This document shows positions 55,346 to 64,000 of a stretch of 64,000 nucleotides of DNA, one piece after another. The DNA lies in NCBI RefSeq assembly GCF_003704095.1, contig NW_020844765.1, forward strand, positions 1 to 64,000. Reading direction: 5' to 3'. Origin of the DNA: Pocillopora damicornis. Its lineage: Eukaryota. Numbering within the stretch: position 1 is the first letter of the stretch; each line of letters begins with the position of its first letter. Under the pieces are notes generated by a model. It was not told the origin of the DNA. It saw only the letters and a program-made list of their open reading frames with translations, and did not search any database. The position numbers and the translations under genes were made by a program.

Positions 55346-57727
55346 GCATATGCTAAGGGACTGGGAACTGGGCTTCCAACAGGCACAGTAATTGAGCAGA
55401 TAATAGGTGTTAGGTTGTGTAATTTCAGGCAATTTACCTGTGAGCACTTATCATAAGTTGTGCAAACATCTTGAATTTCACAGTAATGACCTAATTACCT
55501 TGAATGTCTAAGATTTGATTGAAAATTCTCCTTTCTAGTGGAAAATTGTTTCACTGTAAATTAGTAAAGAGAATTTGGTGTCATGTCTGAATAACACCCA
55601 CCAGATGATATGTTTGTTTTTCTCATCATCTGCCTGCCAAAATGTGTATTAGGAGATGACTGGAGAAGATACATCTTGATCACAAACTGGAATGAAAAGG
55701 TTTAATAAGGAACTGATCTTGTGTTAAAAAAAGGCAGTTCTGTTGTGGTCATGCAAGTAATAAGAATTATTTCAAATTCTGTGATGCAAAAAATTTAATC
55801 AGAATGTTTGCTTCACCTTGGAAAGTTGGAAGAAGTTTGTGATGTTTTACAGATTTACTTCAAAATATTGAGAGAAAGATTTGATGTTGCAGACTTGCTG
55901 CTAAATTATAAAGAAATTCTGGATTTATTTTCATGCTTGCTCGGAAAAATCAGAAAATGTTAATGATAACTTGAAACCAAGGAGAGCAGTTTTTTGCTCA
56001 AGGCTGTTTAAGAAGTTAAATCACTTATTTGCAGGTAGGGAATGTAATTTTTTGTATATACCTTGTACTCATCAATGATCACCAAGAACAGACAGGCAAA
56101 CAAAATTTTCGGTGAGTTCCAACAGATGGGACCAACGAGGAGGAGTAAGGAAGAGTTTTAAGTAGTACATGTAACTGTAATCTTTTCATTAATAAAGGAA
56201 GTGGAGATGAGAAAGAGAAAGGCAAGAAAGTCATGAAATTTCTTAGACGTGTTTATTTTATCGTAGAAAAGTGTAAGAATTGTGGATTCATGTACCTGCA
56301 AGAGCTTCAAACTTGACCTAACAGCGAGTCTGAGTCAATACTACAATTATATCATCTATTTTAGAAATCTTTCAAAAAGAGTTCCCTTTGTGGCAAAAAC
56401 GTTTTAAAATTCAACATCAATTGTTGAGCAAAGATTCTTAGTTTAATTAATTAGTGTGAGTCAGACTCAATTCTACAATAACATTGTTATTTTACAAATG
56501 TTTATCAATACAAAACGATTCCCTTTCGATTGGGACAAAAACGTCTTGGTAGTCAACATCAACTGCTTATTTAAATGATGACCAGTTTGATTAATGAAAA
56601 GGTCAATTAATTTTTATCAATCAAATTAGGTTAGTTTATGTAATCATAGTACTATTACAGGTTTTAAAAGCAACTTTCTGTGGAAACTGCCGAGCTTCTC
56701 ATTTCGCTGAAATGTGATTTTTACTATAAAGAACGAAAGGAAACTTGTGCGCAGTGTTCTATAGTGTGACAGAGTTGAGATCATTTTTACACATGTGAGG
56801 AAAAATTGCCCCAACTTACAATGTGTTGATAGTAAAGACAGCGAACTATTTGCATTGTTAGTTTATTTACTATGCCCTATTCTACTACTTCAAGGTACTG
56901 GAGAAATAATTTCAAATCTTTAAAAACACAATTTCTTTGCCAGTCAGGTATAGTTGCAAGAACACAACTTTCCCCGTGCTTTCCATCTGTTGATATATTG
57001 TGCCTTTTTATGCGAGCTTCTTACTGGTCCCTTGTAAACTTTAGAAGTTGTCATCGAGACTTTGCCAGTAGGCTTTTAGGAAAATACGCTGATTAAAGAA
57101 TAATGTGCACACTATGTACATTTTAAAAGACATTTTTGTGACGCTCAAATATCAAGCGTCAATTTTTGCTAAATGTGTTATTCAGAAGTGACGTGCGCAA
57201 AGATCAAATGTCGTTTGAGTTAACTGTCGCCGCATTAACGTGACTCCACCGAGTGCGTCTTTGCCTCTGCTGGCTTTGAAATCTTTTTTTTTTTTCCCGT
57301 GGCTGTTTGTGACTCACAATTTGTGATTTTTAGTGTTGCCTAGTGATTTACAGCCATCTCACCATTGCTCTATTTTCGTCCTAACTACCAATTATCGACA
57401 GATGTTCAAGAAATAAAAATCATGGACTACTTTGGGTCCTTGCCATTAAGTTTTGCATCTTAGCAAGATGTAAGTCACTATCAAAAATTTACTAAAATTA
57501 TCGTTATTTACAACTTACTTCGCCAAATAAGTGCATTTCGACGTGGGGTAAAATCAATGGTTTAACCTTACTGCATAAAGTGAAAAACTGATCTATCGCC
57601 TCTTAAATTAAAATAAGTCAAGCATCCGTTGTAACCAAGCGTCTATTGAGACCATTTAAAAGAGCTCGGTTTTAACATAATCACAACTGTAACTACGCAA
57701 AATTGCATGTTAACAACACCGAAGTGT

Positions 57728-60700
57728 CTACAATTGTGTTTGTTCCATATTTTGGAACTGTTCGTAAACCTCATCATCTTCTGTTTCGCTTTTCATTTTA
57801 TCGATCATGTCGAGCAGCATTTCGTCGCTTCTAGCGTCATGTTTTTCGCTTTTCTCGACGAATGTCGTCAACTCATCAAGGCGCTTGTTCAACGCCGACA
57901 GGGTACGAAAGACGTTTTGAGTTACGAGTTCAGTCGGGTGTAGTTCGGGTCCAGTCGGATACTCTTCGTCGTCGTATTCCATTTGGCTTTGCTCGGTGTT
58001 CTCCGAGACCGAGTCGTCTTCCCTGTGCTTGTAATCCGAAGGCGAGAACGGGGGAGATGACGGAAAACCCGAAGACGGATTCACGAACGTGCTCTTGCCA
58101 GCTCCGATTTTATTTCGATTCAGACCCAGATTCTCTTTAAATTTGGATAGGATGAATTCCACCATTTCGTACTCGTTGTCTTGCCCATCATTGGAGGACT
58201 TGACCTCCGAAAAGGTGTCGTTTATGATCGCCATGAACATGTTCAGCAGGTAGAAGACGCAGAAGTACATGAAAGTGAAGAAGTAGATGGGTCCGAGCAG
58301 AGGGTTTACACTCCGCATCTCATCGTAGTCGAAATCACCCAGAACGATGCTCATTTGAGTTTCAAGAACGCTGAAGAAGTTTCTAAATTTGTCGATTTGA
58401 AGACCAAACAACAGCCAAGCCATGAGTGCGAAGGCAATGAATACGATCATGAAACTGATGCAGAACATTCCAAGAGGCTTCGCAATTTCTCCGAGGGTTG
58501 ATCCTAGCAGTGACATTCGCTTGTTGAATCTGAAAAGTTTCAGGAATCGGAGGGTCACAAGGAACACAAGAATACCCATAATTACAGAAAGCGACTCGTC
58601 CGCAGCCCCGGCATATTGGAAACTAACAAAATCCTTGGGGTTGTGGTGCAGCTTCATCAGATTCTTGTCCACTTCCCAGAGGCGTGCAAAGTACAGAATT
58701 ACCATGGCAAACTCGCAAATGATCAGTGTCACCTCCATCCAGTTGAAAAATCCGCGGAAGTACGCCTTGCGTTGCTTGTACATCTTCTTCCCTTCGCGGT
58801 ACATGAAATAAAGCATGAACAGAATCAGGAAGATTTGACATGCAAGAATGAAGTTGGCGAATGGTCCGACATAACTGTACAACCTCGCCACGGCAAAGTG
58901 CGCGTAAGGGAATCCTCCACCTGTCGGCAGGAACTCGACGAACATGAAGGCTATGCCAAATAAGTTGATGTTAGCGTTGTACACCGTAAATTCCACGAAC
59001 ACTGAACGCGTCTGTGGGTCCACCCAGTTATGTGAGTGAAGATCAGCAATTACTGTGAGTGCCGTAGGGTAATCGTATCCCAATTCCGCGGGATATCCAC
59101 CTCCACTGTACAGGGTTAGTCGTCCCCAGAAGGGATACCCTCTGAGTTCTAACGCGCTATTGTGCAACCAGCGGGAGGGACACGAAACAATTGATCCGTC
59201 GGGTAGAATAGCAGAGTTCAAAACGTAGTAATTTTTAGCTGTGCTACCGGGACGCTTCCGTTTTCTCTGCTGACGACCTGAAGTAGACGTATAAACGGGT
59301 TCGATTGTACGGCGGCGCCGAACTTTGGGTTGCTCTCCGAAGTCCTTGAGAATTTTATCCCCTTTGCGGAAGGCAAATTGTTCTTGAATGCTTCTTTTGC
59401 GGCGAGATTTCACATCGCCGGCACTTTTGTTTAGAAACTTCCAACCAATGTCGTAATCTTCTGTATCTTCATTTATCATTGAGTATTCTGCGAAGCATTT
59501 GTCAAAAAAGGACGTGAAGTGTTCGTCAACCTCGCAAGAATCTGTGAAAGGAATAAAGGAAGAAAGACATTAATTTTCAATCACGTCACATAAAAAGGGA
59601 ATGTTCGTGTGTAGCTGCCCCTTGTAAAGATAATTTCCAGGCGATTCAGCGGGTATTTTTACCAGGGACTTTTACGTCAAGGCGGAAGTCTTACCTTTTT
59701 CTACGCGTGCCTGTCTTAACCTGGAGATTCCAACCAAGTAGTTATTTCTGTCATAGATGAACCCAGTGTACTTGTCCGATTTGTTGTTGTACAACAGCCC
59801 TGGGTACAAATTTGGTATCAGCGTCTCACGATTCCAATGCCAAAATAGCTCTAGATCACTGGCCTGAGAAGAAAGAGTAAAAAAGCTCTTGTATCACGAG
59901 GCTGGCTCGACGGATGGATTTTTGAAGGGAATCTTAGGTTATTTTCCCCTTAAGGAGAAGTGTACCTCAGTGTCCACATAATTTAAACTCAAACACCGAG
60001 AAGCATCATAAAGTTTTTTTAAGATTCCAAAGGGTGAACTGACCTTCCAAAAAGTATCTTCAAATGTGCTTATAATTTGACCACAAGCGCTGCTAGGCAA
60101 CCTAGCTGCTTATTTTGAGTGAAAAGAGGCATTGTGCCAATGAAATGTCTCACTAGCTCAGAACAGCATGTCATTCATCCCGCTCGGTGCTCCCTAAGAA
60201 TTAAGACCATAGTATGTAAATACAGAATTATTTTTTAAACATACGTCAGCCAAGTCCACACCGGTTTGGTCCAGGTCCACGAAAGTTTCATGGAGGGTCT
60301 TCCTCAGGAGGTACGTATTGGGGTCCTTGTTGCCATAGGCAACCAGCAAGAGTAGCATGACGAACAAAAAGTAGGTGACGATTTCTTTTATGATTTCAGA
60401 CATGCGCACTTCCTTCAGTCGTTGTGCTCGGGCAGCTTTTAAGAAATCCTCGTCCGGGGGCCTGAGGAACAATCGCAATGATAGAAAAAATATTAATTCA
60501 AAGATATTATTTCAATGGTCGATAATGTCTAATCAAGAATTCTATTATACATCCTATGTGTCATTCGAACTGGTACTTTAGAGTCAGTTGATGTCAAGTG
60601 CATCTAGTGCAAATTGCCTCTGATAAAGGGAAAGAGTTGTATTTGACCAACAAAAACCTCCATACTTTCCGATTCAGGCAGACAGCCCTGAGAGCTATCT

Positions 60701-63700
60701 TAGTTTCTCTCCTCGTAGCATTGGATGGAATATCAGAGCAATACTGGTCAAATCAACGCAAATATTCGCCTCACAAACCCGGGATTAACTCCATTTTATT
60801 TTGAACAATGTATCCCTTGTTATTGCATTTCGTACCTGTATCTCTCGTCATCCTCATCGTAGTCAAGTAGAACGTCGTCCCCAGTCTCCTTACCGTCGGG
60901 ACTTGCTTTGACTTCTTTTTTGTCGTGTCCCTCGTCACCTGAATCTATCGGCTTCCTGATAATCATCGCAAAAAGTAGGGCAACTAACACCACTTTCAAG
61001 GGCTGTATTATTAGTATTGACTGGAAGAATGACGTCACAAAGGCTAACAGCCATTTGTTTGCGATTTCTGGTCCCCAGGACAAACTGTAAAAGACCGTGA
61101 AAAGTGCTGAGGTGACAGACGACAAGAAGCATAGAACCCAAGCTACATAGACCAGCCAATGTGGAAGACCCTTTTTGGCCTTTTTCTTTTTGTCCTTGTC
61201 CTTTTTGCTGCCATCCTCTTTATCAATTATTTTCTCTTGACTAGACGCGTTCTGTAGCGTCTCTATGGAGGAACATCTGCTAATGTCAGCAAAATCTGTT
61301 TCTTGCTTTTCCACAGTCTCTATGTTTTTTTCTAGTTTAACTTTTTTCGGGCGCACGTTTCTGAAGATTTGAACCAATGCAAAGTTGACAGGGAACACAA
61401 TGAAGCTCGCTTGTATTCCGATGATAAAGCCTCGGAGGTCAAACTCGAACGATCCTATTTGAATCATGGTCGCCTTTTCACCCTCTCCTCCCATCTGATA
61501 AAACATGGCGTTTGTGACCATCGTACAGCAAAGCAGCGAAAGACAACATGATACTCGCTGAACTCGTGTGAACGGGCTCGTTGCGGGGCGTGTCACGACG
61601 GAAAACCACAGATGACCATCACCTAGTTCCCTTACGGTCTTACTCACAAAAAGATGTTGAAAATGAGTCAGCTCTTGTTCGCTTGCAACCGGAAGTACTC
61701 GCTCTACTTTCCCGTCATCCTCTTCAACAGCCAACCAACGTTCACAGATGAAATACCAGCGTTCTTCCGTCCGGAGATCTTCCACAGACACGCGACTGAG
61801 GTACCAAGACGGATTGGTCCCTTAATGCACAAAATAAGGTTCATAGTGTGTAAGTGGGTTTTCAATTCCCGTGGTTTCTTTCGAAATTCAACAGACATTC
61901 TTGCAAACGAGTAAAATAACGTGGATTAGTTGAACTTATCTTGGTTTCAAAGCATGACGGGACTTATCGCTACCCTCCACCCCTTCATAGACAGGATGCT
62001 TGCTCATTGCAGCTTACGTCCCAAAATTTCGTCAAGCTCTCCATAAAATCAGCTGGGACCTCTCTTTAACTGATTTAACCGTTTCCCTTTTCTTGGAAAA
62101 AGGCGGGTTCATCGATTTTTTTTTTCCACCAAGTCTTTTCTTATTGTCGAACCAGCAACTCATAAATCACCACCACCCTTTTATGATGAATTAGGTGTCT
62201 TCTAGGATTCAGTAAGTGTCTTTCTGCCTGTTTTTTTTTTGTTTTTTTGCCCATTTATTTACCAACTTAAAAACCATTTATTATTTCACGTTTAACTATT
62301 CACATGCAATTGTTTATCTTTACCGTAGTTATCATGCCATATCCTGATATGGGAAAGGTTTCCAAGCCTTCTCGGAAGAGTAATCATGAAATTGTTTTCC
62401 TGGCCTCTCTGGAACACTTTTCGGTCTAAGTCTACCAGGGCCATCGGGGTGCTTTCCCACTCATCACCTGAGAGTACTATATAAACGCTGCTAGTGGTCC
62501 CTGCGTTTTGCCTCACTCCAGTGTGAACGCTTATCAAATATGGAAACGAAGCATCGTTTCTGTTCCTCACCGCTGTGGCCCCAAGCTGTGATGTCGATGA
62601 AATAAATTACTAATTAAAAATTCATTCGTTCTCAGGAAGACATTTCTAGCATATAAATAACACTATTTTTACATGACTTGTACGGCCCTGTGCGCGATAA
62701 CATATCTACTGACTGAATTCTTGGCAAATAAATCGTCATCGTTAATAAAATTCGTAATTCGAATGATCCTTATGCAAATTTAACGTTAGAACGATCAACT
62801 TCTCCCCATGCCTCACTTCCAAAAATTACTTGAGTGTGGTAACCGTGCGGTAAGCGTACGATTGCTATGCGGTATAGATGATAGACGGTAAATCTTTACA
62901 GTGACTAGATGTAATGTCATACCTTATCAAGGTCTCTCCTATCAAATCTTCGAGCAATGATGATAAGGACAAAGTACAATCCAAACAGGAGGCAAACCAT
63001 TAACAAAACTGCAAAGTTCTTGCTAAGGTCAGCAGAAAAAACCTTATCAAAATCGATTGGATTTGGCGCCACAAGAAAATCACTGGCGAATGATGTGAGA
63101 TGACTACACTTGCAGTGAACAAGTTCAGGTGTGGTTTCTTCTCCGACCTGTTAGGAAGTAATGATTCATCAAACATCATCGAAATCAACAGGTGAGCTGT
63201 CTCAAAAACTGACATCAAAGTTAAAGAAACAAAGAACAACGAATGGGCTGTCTTGAATGTGGGCATCAAAGTCAGAGAAACAAAGAAAATCAGATGAGCT
63301 TAAAAATGGGCATCAAATTCGAAGAAACAAAGAACAACAGATGAGCTTAAAAGTGGACATCAAAGTCGAAGAAATAAAGAACAGCGGATGAACTGTCTTG
63401 AAAATGGACATCAAGGTCAAAGAAACAAAGAAAATCAGATGAGCTTAAAAGTGGATATAAAAGTCGAAGAAACAAAGAACAGCAGATGAACTGTCTTAAA
63501 AATGGACACAAACAAAGAAAAACGGCTAACCCGTCCAAAAAAAGGGACCTCAAACTCAAAAGAAACAAATAAAAACGACAACAGAAACAAGTAAACGAAA
63601 GCAAGAACTCCAACTGGCGTTTGAAGGACCAGTCACTATCTATTGCTAATGTTGGGGAGGTGGGGGTGAGGGGGAGTGGTAAGGTGGTGGGGTGGGTAAA

Positions 63701-64000
63701 GGGGTCGGAGAAATTTATGGGCCATCACAAGGTTTTCAGAGGGGAACGGAAGGGGGATCAGTCGTCGCTAACAGAGTATAAAGGGTACTATAGAAAACTG
63801 ACAGCCAATAAGGGGGATAAGATCACGAGCCCCCCCCCCTTCGAGACGATCCCTTAGCAGCCTGTAATCATGTACCTTGCATCCCTTGTTAATCCAGTTT
63901 TCACTTTTTTCATCCCAGAATAAACAATTGGATGAAAACACTCTCATCAAGTAATGCTCTGTGTCATTGGGGTTAAAGAAGTTCCCTTGGTAGTCGACAT
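57728..64000 (-). CDS. Polycystin-1-like (PKD1L2-like) protein, 3' part. Exons >64000-63876, 63147-62923, 62585-62324, 61820-60836, 60461-60245, 59863-59695, 59541-57728
   Basis: GPS motif CLFWDEKSENWINKGC..HCKCSHL|TSFAS; PLAT domain YLISVHTG..AGTTSSV..IRIWHDN..SWYL; DGHLWFSV..FTRVQRVSCC; polycystin channel YSGGGY..WVDPQTRSVFVEF, LGPIYF..LLNMFMAIINDTF. Confidence 0.92.
63170..63510. repeat. Intronic minisatellite, ~47/51-bp units, 6-7 copies
   Basis: Unit CATCAAAGTCGAAGAAACAAAGAACAACAGATGAGC(TGTC)TTAAAAGTGGA. Confidence 0.9.

Noticed and set aside
57707-58963. Several + strand ORFs opposite the polycystin last exon
   Set aside because: Antisense shadows of a GC3-rich coding exon with no recognisable domain.
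63170-63510. CRISPR-like array
   Set aside because: No unique spacers, eukaryotic intron, no cas genes; it is a minisatellite.

Overview
AT-rich, intron-rich animal genomic DNA from a gapped draft scaffold. The repeat landscape looks like a scleractinian coral, which is inference. Genes in order: a disrupted ULK4 copy, an intact ULK4 fragment and an inverted ULK4 start; URI1 (+); MRPL3 (-); an unnamed long coiled-coil gene with a degenerate CAP-Gly-like C-terminus (+); PSMB5 (-); an intronless C-factor/sniffer-like SDR (+); APRT (+); a tandem pair of hub-less CaMKII/CASK-like kinase genes (+); PDP1/2-like phosphatase (+); and the 3' part of a polycystin-1-like gene (-). Main observations: (1) the second kinase paralog is an intact-ORF pseudokinase (HRD->RRN, DFG->GFG) that keeps the RxxT site and calmodulin-binding segment, next to its active twin; (2) URI1 introns carry at least four C/D-box snoRNA candidates in two duplicated families, one matching the yeast snR53/18S Am796 site; (3) degenerate minimal hammerhead-ribozyme repeats; (4) nested TTAA MITEs; (5) three head-to-head gene pairs with YY1-like motifs. 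Exon models were built by hand from GT/AG sites and reading frame, so boundaries may be off by a few nt.
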